Shown: piece by piece, positions 46,385 through 54,763 of the stretch | Numbering within the stretch: the stretch's first letter is position 1 | How the letters are laid out: each line of letters begins with the position of its first letter | Source: an uncultured Methanosarcinales archaeon | GTDB taxonomy: Archaea > Nanobdellota > Nanobdellia > Woesearchaeales > GW2011-AR9 | Assembly (NCBI GenBank): GCA_964498285.1 | Contig: CAZCGN010000001.1 | Coordinates: forward strand, 339,033-403,032 | DNA: 64,000 bases | Direction: 5' to 3' | Notes under the pieces: model-generated | Told to the model about the DNA's origin: nothing | Database searches by the model: none | What the model saw: only the letters and a program-made list of their open reading frames with translations | Translations under genes and position numbers: made by a program

Positions 46385-46387
46385 GAT

Positions 46388-47473
46388 CTATAAATCAATA
46401 ACAACCTTTTTCTGCTTTAAATTAATCGAGGTTATCTTTTTTTCCTTTGCAAGTTCAGTTTTAATCTCTTGCCAAGTTTTCGTCTTTTTCAACTCATCTA
46501 CCACTTTTAATAATTTACCTAATGGAACATAATGATTGTAAATTAACTCTGCAATCTTAGTATTACTTTCAATATTTTTCTCTATTTCAACTCGCGAAAG
46601 TTCCTGCTTTTCAATAATTTTTTTCATCTGCAAGATTTTCTGCTCATATGGCGATGGTTTTACATCAACAATAAGGGCATCAAGTAGCTCAGAGTAAGTC
46701 TCTGTCTTTTTTGTATGTTTTTTGTGAGCAAACAGTATGGGACTCATCTCATCCTCGTATTCATACCCCGAGGGAGATTTGACTTCTTCTCTAAGAGATT
46801 TAAGAGCGGTAAACAGCTCTTTCATTTCAGAATTTCCCACATCTTTAGGAAGCTTTTGTGAGTCAACCTGAGCTCGCAAGCAAATCTCTTTAGCATACAC
46901 CCCACCAAACCCACACTCTGTAGCTAGAGCAGTTGCCAGATTTTTTTTCTCAGATTGTTTTATAACATCCCTAAACGCTTTAATTTCAACATGTTTCCAA
47001 TCAAATCCTAGTTGTGGAAACTCGTATTTCTGTTTTGCAAGAACTTTTCTGCTCGCAAGACGCTGCAAATGTAAAGTGCCTAAAATCTTCCAATTCTCAT
47101 CTGTAAAGATAACATTTCCTTTAGAGAAAAGTTCAACTATTAAATGAAACTCTTTTTCTTTTGCAAAGGTAAAGACAATAATCCTTTCACTATCTTTCTG
47201 ATAGATCTCTTTAATCGAAGCATTCGAAAGATGTTTTCGCATAAGCATGCACATTCCTGTGGGCTGAAGTGGCGTATCTTTCGTGTTAGTTAAATGAAGC
47301 CATTTGCCTGAAACAATTTTAAGAAGTTGTTTTCCTTGACCTCGTGCGTGCAGTTGCAGTAAAAACTCCTTTTTATTTAGATGATAGATTTGAGAGACTT
47401 TCCCGTTCTTCAAAAAAGAGAGTTCATTAACAAGTGCAGCTACTTCTACTGAGGAGATATTCTTTTTCGGCAT
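46388..47473 (-). CDS. NFACT-N domain protein (Rqc2/RqcH/FbpA N-terminal homologue), short form
   Basis: SSVEVAALVNELSFLKNGKVSQIYHLNKKEFLLQLHARGQGKQLLKIVSGKWLHLT matches the NFACT-N start. I see no NFACT-R/DUF814-like region. Confidence 0.65.
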   Translation of the reverse strand: MPKKNISSVEVAALVNELSFLKNGKVSQIYHLNKKEFLLQLHARGQGKQLLKIVSGKWLHLTNTKDTPLQPTGMCMLMRKHLSNASIKEIYQKDSERIIVFTFAKEKEFHLIVELFSKGNVIFTDENWKILGTLHLQRLASRKVLAKQKYEFPQLGFDWKHVEIKAFRDVIKQSEKKNLATALATECGFGGVYAKEICLRAQVDSQKLPKDVGNSEMKELFTALKSLREEVKSPSGYEYEDEMSPILFAHKKHTKKTETYSELLDALIVDVKPSPYEQKILQMKKIIEKQELSRVEIEKNIESNTKIAELIYNHYVPLGKLLKVVDELKKTKTWQEIKTELAKEKKITSINLKQKKVVIDL

Positions 47474-47517
47474 AGCGATAGGAAAGAGAAGCCCAATTTA
47501 AGAAGTTGTTGGTTGAA

Positions 47518-48150
47518 CTATTCTAAATTCTGAACATTCGTTATTTGTGGAGGCCGGTTATTATCACGAACAGTGATGTGAATATCCTTTCTTGCTTCTG
47601 CTCCAAAATCATCAGAGCAGGTTAATGTGACTGTATGAATTCCTGCATCCTGAAAAGTAGTTGTATATTCATCACCATCCATCCATCCTGAATACACCAA
47701 TTGAGTGGTGTCGCCCTCTTCATCAGAACAACTTGCATCAAGTACAATCTTTTCTGTTTCAAGAACGTTCATATTTTGTGCATTTATTTGAGGGGCCCTA
47801 TTAGTTTGAGGATCCTTACAGGTATGGCATTCATAATAGTATTTCATACCTATCTCAAAATTCATGAAATCAACTAATTCTCCATTAAGAACATATGATT
47901 TATCAATAAAATTAAACGGTGTAAAAATAGTATTCTCTCGAAGTTCGTACAACAGAAGCTCAGCGTTGTGTGGGCACACCAAGCCAACATGAATAAACGT
48001 TGCATTGGCAATAAACTCCTTGTTTTTTGCTATCTTTTTACTACACTCAAAGTTTTCTGGAATTGATCTATCAGAAGTTAATATTGGATCAGCAAGAACA
48101 AATGAAAGTGAAAGTATAATTACTACCAAATAAATGAAAATGTATTTCAT
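47518..48150 (-). CDS. Secreted protein with PKD-like domain
   Basis: Signal/anchor MKYIFIYLVVIILSLSFVLA. C-terminal Ig-like segment VLDASCSDEEGD...AGIHTVTLTCSDDFGAEA. Confidence 0.55.
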   Translation of the reverse strand: MKYIFIYLVVIILSLSFVLADPILTSDRSIPENFECSKKIAKNKEFIANATFIHVGLVCPHNAELLLYELRENTIFTPFNFIDKSYVLNGELVDFMNFEIGMKYYYECHTCKDPQTNRAPQINAQNMNVLETEKIVLDASCSDEEGDTTQLVYSGWMDGDEYTTTFQDAGIHTVTLTCSDDFGAEARKDIHITVRDNNRPPQITNVQNLE

Positions 48151-48217
48151 GCCAGAAAAGAGGAAAAAGGACTATTTTAACATTTAGCAACTTGGCCATA
48201 TATGTTAAAGAAGAATA

Positions 48218-49417
48218 TTACGCCCGATTTTTGGCTACATGCCCACCATTTAACCTGAAGAAGAGAAGTCCAAGGAACACGAGGCCTGCTGCAACATACA
48301 ACCCTATGAAATCTGAATATATTGTGATATATGCAACTATTCCAAATAAAACAAGCTGAAATAGGCCTTGAAGCATATTAAGCATAGAAAGAGCCGTTGC
48401 ACGTTTATCAGATGAGATGTGCGAATTCAGATAATCTGATATGAGGGGTCTTCGACCAACTGTAAAAATAAAAATTAGATAAATTCCAAAAATGGCTACG
48501 TACATGTTTCGTGTGAAAAGAAGCAAAAGGTATCCGACAAAAGGAAGAGCTGATGTTACAAAAATAAGGCGCTCCATTCCAAATTTTTCTTCGAGAGCAT
48601 GTGCGTGTCGTTGAAAAAAGAACGTTGCTATATTGTGGGTTGCAACAATTACACCTAACAGAATTACAGGGGTTGCAAGGTCTGTTAAGTATGGCTGCCA
48701 AATACGCCAAAATATTTGGAAAGGTGCTAGAATCAGGGCCTCATTAAAGAAAATACGTCTAAAATCAATATTTGTTTTGAACAGAAAAACGCTTCGCGAT
48801 AAAAGGGCAAAAGAGCTTGGTTTTTCTTTTGCCTCATGCTCTGGTTCCTTAAGTGTTAGCGCAATTACAAGGCCAATAATACTTGCTATAATTGAAATTG
48901 AAATAAGAAGTTGAAACTGCCAGTTAAGCAAATCTTGAGCGAGCCATGCTGCAATAAATGGAATAAAAAATGAAGGGATTGTTTTTGCAGATAGATATTT
49001 TCCATACTCTTTTTTCATATCTTTAACCCTTTTACAAAATTTCAAAGAATCGTACACAAACGCCTCAACCGTTCCAGAGATGAAAGTTACTCCTAACACC
49101 ATCACTAGAAAACCAATTATCATCTCAAATAGTCCATGCGCAAAAAAGTAGATTATGTAATGGACAAGAAACGTGAGAATTCCTAAAATAAGAGACCATT
49201 TACGTCCAATTTTATCTGCGAGCATTCCTGTTGGAACCTCGAAAAGTATTTTGCCGACACCAAATACCATAGCTAATATGAAAATTTCAGTGTAACTAAG
49301 GCCCCTGTGCAAATAGAAAAGAGTGGTTACTGGGGTTAATGTAAACATACTCAAGAAAATGTTCATCCAAAAAAGTTTCGGAAAGTTTTTTTCAACAACC
49401 TCTCTTGTTAGCGCCAT
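48218..49417 (-). CDS. MFS transporter
   Basis: 12 predicted TM helices, and GMLADKIGRKW (MFS motif A-like). Confidence 0.8.
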   Translation of the reverse strand: MALTREVVEKNFPKLFWMNIFLSMFTLTPVTTLFYLHRGLSYTEIFILAMVFGVGKILFEVPTGMLADKIGRKWSLILGILTFLVHYIIYFFAHGLFEMIIGFLVMVLGVTFISGTVEAFVYDSLKFCKRVKDMKKEYGKYLSAKTIPSFFIPFIAAWLAQDLLNWQFQLLISISIIASIIGLVIALTLKEPEHEAKEKPSSFALLSRSVFLFKTNIDFRRIFFNEALILAPFQIFWRIWQPYLTDLATPVILLGVIVATHNIATFFFQRHAHALEEKFGMERLIFVTSALPFVGYLLLLFTRNMYVAIFGIYLIFIFTVGRRPLISDYLNSHISSDKRATALSMLNMLQGLFQLVLFGIVAYITIYSDFIGLYVAAGLVFLGLLFFRLNGGHVAKNRA

Positions 49418-49429
49418 TTGAGTAAAATA

Positions 49430-49502
49430 AGCGCCCGGAGGGACTCGAACCCTCGATCCGTCCCTCTGCAGGGGACTGCATTAGCCGCTTTGCCACGGAC
49501 GC
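49430..49502 (-). tRNA. tRNA-Cys (GCA)
   Basis: GCGUCCG/CGGGCGC acceptor stem, GUCCC-CUGCAGA-GGGAC anticodon arm, GAGGG-UUCGAGU-CCCUC T arm, discriminator U. No encoded CCA. Confidence 0.9.
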
Positions 49503-49527
49503 GTAAGATCTCTCACACAAGACACGC

Positions 49528-49535
49528 TTTATATA
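49528..49535 (-). promoter_or_regulatory. Candidate TATA box of tRNA-Cys
   Basis: TATATAAA on the minus strand, about 29 nt upstream of the tRNA 5' end. Confidence 0.45.
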
Positions 49536-49554
49536 CTTTTTGGGCTAAGAATAA

Positions 49555-50076
49555 TCACAGAAGATCAGAAGGATCAAAAAGTGTGAGGTAGCCTTTATGG
49601 ATAATATCCTTTTCAGAAAAGCCTAACTTTGTTAAAAGATCAACAATCTTTTGTTTGCCCAATGTAACATCACCAGTAATGACTTCTAGCTCTAAAAATG
49701 TGCCAAGATTTTTGATAGTATCAATACATAGATTAATGTCACCAAGCACGCCATGCTCACGTTCTTTATGAATTTCAAAACCTCTTTCATATCCAACATT
49801 TTCAAGAATATTTCGTGTTTCACCATGATTACTTACATGGGTTTCGTGCTCGCGCCACGCACCATCAACATCAGTCAAAGCTTTGAACGTTAATGCTGTT
49901 TTGGTCGGTGTTTTGCGAATTCTTAAAGGAAAAGATCCTTCCTTCATTTCAGCGCCTTTCTTTTTAAAATACATATCTTCCTGGATTTCTAAGTGAGAAA
50001 AAATAGCTCCTAATTTTCGAAGTTCTAGTTTGATTGCATCGATGTCCTTAATCCTAACTTTCGCTTCGATTTCCAT
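49555..50076 (-). CDS. CYTH-domain protein (CyaB/class IV adenylyl cyclase / triphosphatase family)
   Basis: N-terminal MEIEAKVRI (ExExK) and a length of about 170 aa. Confidence 0.75.
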   Translation of the reverse strand: MEIEAKVRIKDIDAIKLELRKLGAIFSHLEIQEDMYFKKKGAEMKEGSFPLRIRKTPTKTALTFKALTDVDGAWREHETHVSNHGETRNILENVGYERGFEIHKEREHGVLGDINLCIDTIKNLGTFLELEVITGDVTLGKQKIVDLLTKLGFSEKDIIHKGYLTLFDPSDLL

Positions 50077-50092
50077 TGTAAAAAGAGGTAAA

Positions 50093-50245
50093 TGGGCCTG
50101 GAGGGATTCGAACCCACGGTCTACGGCTCCCTTCGCGAGAAGGGTCCAGAAGACTTGTCTTCTCGTATAGAAGGCCGTCGCATTATTTGTCCAACAGACA
50201 AGTCCAGCAAGGAACTTGCTCGTATCCAGACTATGCTACAGGCCC
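50093..50245 (-). tRNA. tRNA-Arg (UCU) interrupted by two 39-nt introns (D-loop and canonical 37/38)
   Basis: GGGCCUG/CAGGCCC acceptor stem, GUGGG-UUCGAAU-CCCUC T arm, ACGGC/GCCGU anticodon stem with loop CUUCUA|..|A. GCAU/AUGC D stem is split by 39 nt. 153 nt total gives a 75 nt mature tRNA. Confidence 0.7.
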
Positions 50246-50337
50246 ATTCAGGGTACAAAACCAAAGTTGGGCTTTTAAATATTTCTACCCAGGATCACTA
50301 AAGAATTTATATATCTCATTTATCCCTCCTAGTTCTG

Positions 50338-51324
50338 ATGACACAACGAATTTTATTTGCTACAGCAAATCCTGCAAAATTAGGCCAGTTCAGATTTGTG
50401 TGTGAACATCTTGGTTCTAACTTCCAAATAGTCTCTCTTAAAAGCATCTATGGTGAAGATACAGACTATGAAGAAATTGGAACAACTCCCCAGGAAATCG
50501 CAGAGAACGGTGCAAGGCATCTATTTGAGAAATTCCAAGTACCAATCATAACTGAAGACTCTATTACCCAAATTAAAGCACTCGGGAATCTTCCTGGACT
50601 ACGATCAAAAGCGTTTCTACGTGAACATGGACGTTCTGGCACCCTTAAAATGCTTGAAAAAGCTGGTGATCGTAGTGCAAAATTAAGTTCGGCCGTTACA
50701 TATTTTGATGGTACTATAATGAAGACCTTCACGCATGTAGTAGAAGGTGTTATGGCACACAGCGAAGCATTTTTGCCTGGCGCACCAGACTGGATTGGTC
50801 CCACCAATCATCCTATGGGCGGTGGATTCAATGCAATATTCATTCCTCATGGCCTTACGAGAACGCTTGCGCAAACAACAGCCCAAGAAGGTATGCGATG
50901 GGGATATCGTGAAAAGAATTTCAAAGATCTTTTAGAATTTCTTACCAAAGAAAAAAATGGTGATCATACTATAACAATAGCCCACCTCAAAGAAAAGATT
51001 AAAACATTTTGTGAAGAGCGTGATTGGGACCAGTTTCATAATGCAAAAGAACTTGCAGTGGCACTTTCAATTGAAGCAAGTGAGCTTCTAGAAATTTTTC
51101 GATGGAAAACACGCAAAGAGGTTGATGAATTGTTCAAAAACGAAAAGAAACGAGAAGAGATAGAAGATGAACTAGCTGACGTTGTATACTTTCCCATTAG
51201 ACTTGCGCAGCTTTACAATATTGATTTAAGTAGGGCTATTGAGAAAAAAATGAGAAAAAATAATGAAAAGTATCCTGCCGATAAGGTTAAGGGCCTACAT
51301 AAAAAGTATAATGAGTATGACTAA
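50338..51324 (+). CDS. Fusion of Ham1/ITPase-like and MazG-type (DCTPP1-like) NTP pyrophosphohydrolase domains
   Basis: N-terminus ILFATANPAKLGQF, ITEDS...LPGLRSKAF, GGGFNAIFIP. C-terminus EASELLEIFRWK...EDELADVVYFPIRLAQLYNIDLSRAIEKKMRKNNEKYP. Confidence 0.65.
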   Translation: MTQRILFATANPAKLGQFRFVCEHLGSNFQIVSLKSIYGEDTDYEEIGTTPQEIAENGARHLFEKFQVPIITEDSITQIKALGNLPGLRSKAFLREHGRSGTLKMLEKAGDRSAKLSSAVTYFDGTIMKTFTHVVEGVMAHSEAFLPGAPDWIGPTNHPMGGGFNAIFIPHGLTRTLAQTTAQEGMRWGYREKNFKDLLEFLTKEKNGDHTITIAHLKEKIKTFCEERDWDQFHNAKELAVALSIEASELLEIFRWKTRKEVDELFKNEKKREEIEDELADVVYFPIRLAQLYNIDLSRAIEKKMRKNNEKYPADKVKGLHKKYNEYD

Positions 51325-51909
51325 TCACTTAATCATAACTTTCTCAATGATAACATCTTCAGCTGGCTGATCCCCTGCCCGTGTTGGAACATTAACAATT
51401 ACATCCACAACATCCATGCCTGAAACAACTTTCCCAAACACAGGATGTTTGCTTTGACTCGGCTGCTTGTCCCAATCTAAAAATGTGTTATCAACAACGT
51501 TGATGAAAAATTGTGATCCACCACTTTGTGGTCCTGAATTTGCCATAGATATTGTCCCACGAACATTCGATAACCCCTCAACAAACTCATCTTCAATAGC
51601 ATAGCCGGGACCACCGGTGCCCCATCTTTGTCTTTGATTAACATCTTTTGATAAAGGATCTCCACCTTGAATCATAAAGTTTGCAATAACTCTATGAAAC
51701 CTCTGGCCATCATAAAATCCATCTTGTGCTAGTTTGATAAAATTGCCTGCTGTAATTGGCATATCTTTAGTAAATAACTCTAATTCAAATGTTCCCATCG
51801 ATGTTTCAAATACTGCTGTATTTTCCATTGTTGTTCCCCCGCATCCTATCACCAATGCTGCAATACTTAGTACAAATATCATCATAATTGTTCGTTTCAT
51901 GGTAACCAC
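51325..51909 (-). CDS. Cyclophilin-type peptidyl-prolyl isomerase, predicted lipoprotein
   Basis: FHRVIANFMIQGGDP, SMANSGPQSGGSQFFI. N-terminal signal with lipobox-like LVIGC. Confidence 0.9.
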   Translation of the reverse strand: MVTMKRTIMMIFVLSIAALVIGCGGTTMENTAVFETSMGTFELELFTKDMPITAGNFIKLAQDGFYDGQRFHRVIANFMIQGGDPLSKDVNQRQRWGTGGPGYAIEDEFVEGLSNVRGTISMANSGPQSGGSQFFINVVDNTFLDWDKQPSQSKHPVFGKVVSGMDVVDVIVNVPTRAGDQPAEDVIIEKVMIK

Positions 51910-52994
51910 GTCTTTTTGTTTTTTATTTTTTCAGGCAAGTATGTATCAACAACATAATTCAACCCGTGCTTTGCGAGCGCTTGCTGCTCTGCTCTCACTT
52001 TCATCTTCCCCATTTTAACCAAGGCTTTTTGCCATGGTTTATGATGTTTAATGAATGGGTCATTCTTAATTAAATCTTTGATTTTCTTGACATCAACATC
52101 CTTAAGAGGATGTGTTGGCAACTTATAATCCTCAATATCTTGTGGGGTTATTCCAATAAACTGTGCTTGGGGTACACAAAAAAATTCGTTAATGTGCGCT
52201 GCGTTACCTGATCCAACTTTAAGTGTTCTGTAAATTGAGCCAAATCCATACGGGTCGCCATCTGTGAATACATACACTGGTAATTTTTGTTCATCTGCTA
52301 ATTTTCGAATAAACCTTCGACAGGCACGTGTGGGAACTCCACCCATCGAAATTAATATACAGTTTGCTTTCTTCCAATATTTGTGTTTGTTCAGCCTTTC
52401 AAACATACCTGAAGTTTCAATCGCCAACACAAACTTTGCTTTCGTTTTAAACGAAAGATGTTCAACTGATGAAGGAACAGAGTACGCACCAGAGCCAAAT
52501 TTGGTACAATCAATCTCTAAATTCTTACCTGTATCTTGATCTTTATCAATAACTACTAACTCCCCAGCTACAGCTCCACCTTTCTCTTCTGGCACAAACC
52601 CGATCTGCTCGCGATTAACCATCATCATCGCTTCAATATCATCCATTACACCATCAGATTCAGGTTGTTCAGAAAACCGAGCATCCCCCCAGTTCTTTGA
52701 AACATAATATGCTTCCCTTTTTGTTGCAATATCTTGTGTTTCGATAAGATTTTTGGAAAGACTCATCATGCGAAGTGTTTGCGCGAACGTTTTGATGGTT
52801 GATGCGGTAAGTGTTCTCTGTTTTTTCTTACTTAAGATCTTGAAATAACCATCTTTTTCATTGTATGCAACATTACTTAATGACCGAATTGGCATTTCTA
52901 ATTCTGGTTTTTCCAGAAGAGTTATCTTTTTGTAAATATTATTTGCAACATCCTTTATTTTTGCTACAACGTTCGTTTCTTTTTTAGATGCCAT
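51897..52994 (-). CDS. top6A: DNA topoisomerase VI subunit A
   Basis: Spo11/Top6A winged-helix and Toprim domains (YVFTDGDPYGF). Adjacent to top6B. Confidence 0.9.
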   Translation of the reverse strand: MASKKETNVVAKIKDVANNIYKKITLLEKPELEMPIRSLSNVAYNEKDGYFKILSKKKQRTLTASTIKTFAQTLRMMSLSKNLIETQDIATKREAYYVSKNWGDARFSEQPESDGVMDDIEAMMMVNREQIGFVPEEKGGAVAGELVVIDKDQDTGKNLEIDCTKFGSGAYSVPSSVEHLSFKTKAKFVLAIETSGMFERLNKHKYWKKANCILISMGGVPTRACRRFIRKLADEQKLPVYVFTDGDPYGFGSIYRTLKVGSGNAAHINEFFCVPQAQFIGITPQDIEDYKLPTHPLKDVDVKKIKDLIKNDPFIKHHKPWQKALVKMGKMKVRAEQQALAKHGLNYVVDTYLPEKIKNKKTWLP

Positions 52995-52998
52995 TGAG

Positions 52999-54705
52999 TT
53001 ATACTAACGTTGATTGTTTCTCCTTTTTTTTCTTGTTTGAATCATTCTTACTCTCTTCCTTTTTTTCATCCTGATCTTTTTTCTCTTCTTCTTTGCCAAT
53101 TTTTGCAAGCTCAGGATCATAATCAGGGTTATCCACTTTTATCTCTTCAAGCTCGCCTCGGGTGTGTTCGAGAATATCTGCTAAGTTATCTTCTACTTTT
53201 TTTGCTTTAATGTCAGGGATTCCCAAAATCTCTTTAAGAGCATCGGCAACGTGCGGAATGTACTTTTCAATATAACTTCGCTTCTTTGCTTCATCTTTAA
53301 TGCGTTTCTTTTTGTTCACAAACGATGCTAACTTTCGCCCACATTCTTGAAGAGCAAGTTTTACTTCTTTCATGATTTCTTCATAGTGAGCAAGAGCTTC
53401 TTTACTTTCTGATGTGAACGGTACCCAAACTGATGCCATGTGCACAACAATTGTTGCTGGACCAACTGGTAATGCATTACGTGATTGTTGAAGGCCATAG
53501 CTACGCCATGAGTTCTGTTGAATAGACTTTGTGATCGCACACGCGCCCTGCTGGTACAATAAGGGCACTCTGTTTGCAAATCGCATTACACGAATAGAAC
53601 TATCTCCCTTTTGCTCACCACCATACGCTAGAGCGGCTTCAATAATAAATGGGTTCCCACGATAGACCGCGGGCGGGCGTGTTGCTGAACAGTAGAATTC
53701 TGCATTAATTTCTTTTCGAAGACCTTTTTCAAGTAAGTCAGAAGTTATTGGCGAAATACAATCTGTTGGTGGCGCAATAATTTTTGTTTTTTGAATTCCT
53801 CGCATGAGTTGTTCTGCCATCTCACGCGTCACTTTCTTTGGTTTTGTTTTGGGTAAAAGTGCAGCATTCTCACAAATTGTTTTTGCAGTACCGGAACCTA
53901 CACGAACGAATTCTGTTGTTAAGAATTGTTGAAGAGTTTTTGCTTGCGATCCATACAACATTTTTATGAGCATTCCAAGTTCAACTCCGTACGGATGCGG
54001 CTTAATTTCTTGCGCTTCTGGAGGCAGATCATTTGTTGCCCGAGGAAAAATAATTTGATTTGCTTCAGGATTAGTATAGATTATGGTACAATGTGGGTTG
54101 ACAATTGCTGTTTCTTTAAGATATTCATCAACACTTTGCCTACCTTTCATATAACTTCCTTCCATATCAATTTCAATTCGTGTTCCGTGTTCTTTTTCTT
54201 CCCACTCAACTTCCTCAGCATGCGTTGTCTTAGGTTGATTAGTTTGTGTATCAATCTTTAATTTGACAACATGTGCCTTTTTGTTCTTGCCAGTTTTAGA
54301 AGTTATCACTGCTGGCTTTCCAGTTGTAAGTTGCCCGTACAAAACAGCCGCTGAAATTCCGATCCCTTGTTGACCTCGTGTTTGGGCTAATTTGTGGAAT
54401 TTAGAACCGTAGAGCAACTTTGCAAAAATCTTAGGGATCTGTTTTTCAATAATTCCAGGCCCATTATCTTCCATGATAACTTTGAAGCGTGTTTCGCCCA
54501 ATTGAATAATTTCAACATTAATTTCAGGCAAGATTCGTGCTTCTTCACACGCATCAAGCGCGTTATCAACACCTTCTTTTATGGTAGTGAGAAGTGATCT
54601 TCGCGGGTTATCAAATCCAAGAAGATGCCTGTTTTTTTCAAAGAATTCTGCAATAGAGATGTCACGATGTTTTTTTGCAAGCTCTTGTGCAGTCTTCTTA
54701 GTCAT
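52999..54705 (-). CDS. top6B: DNA topoisomerase VI subunit B
   Basis: GHKL/Bergerat ATPase motifs ([21 protein letters not shown]) and a transducer domain. K/E-rich C-terminal tail. Confidence 0.9.
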   Translation of the reverse strand: MTKKTAQELAKKHRDISIAEFFEKNRHLLGFDNPRRSLLTTIKEGVDNALDACEEARILPEINVEIIQLGETRFKVIMEDNGPGIIEKQIPKIFAKLLYGSKFHKLAQTRGQQGIGISAAVLYGQLTTGKPAVITSKTGKNKKAHVVKLKIDTQTNQPKTTHAEEVEWEEKEHGTRIEIDMEGSYMKGRQSVDEYLKETAIVNPHCTIIYTNPEANQIIFPRATNDLPPEAQEIKPHPYGVELGMLIKMLYGSQAKTLQQFLTTEFVRVGSGTAKTICENAALLPKTKPKKVTREMAEQLMRGIQKTKIIAPPTDCISPITSDLLEKGLRKEINAEFYCSATRPPAVYRGNPFIIEAALAYGGEQKGDSSIRVMRFANRVPLLYQQGACAITKSIQQNSWRSYGLQQSRNALPVGPATIVVHMASVWVPFTSESKEALAHYEEIMKEVKLALQECGRKLASFVNKKKRIKDEAKKRSYIEKYIPHVADALKEILGIPDIKAKKVEDNLADILEHTRGELEEIKVDNPDYDPELAKIGKEEEKKDQDEKKEESKNDSNKKKKEKQSTLV

Positions 54706-54763
54706 GCAAAACGAAACGAAAAGTGAGCTTTATAAGAGTTTTGGTGGGTTTATTTATAGAAGC

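Noticed and set aside
50092-50405. Two plus-strand ORFs (69 and 72 aa)
   Set aside because: They lie antisense across the intron-containing tRNA-Arg gene and its promoter, with no coding signal.
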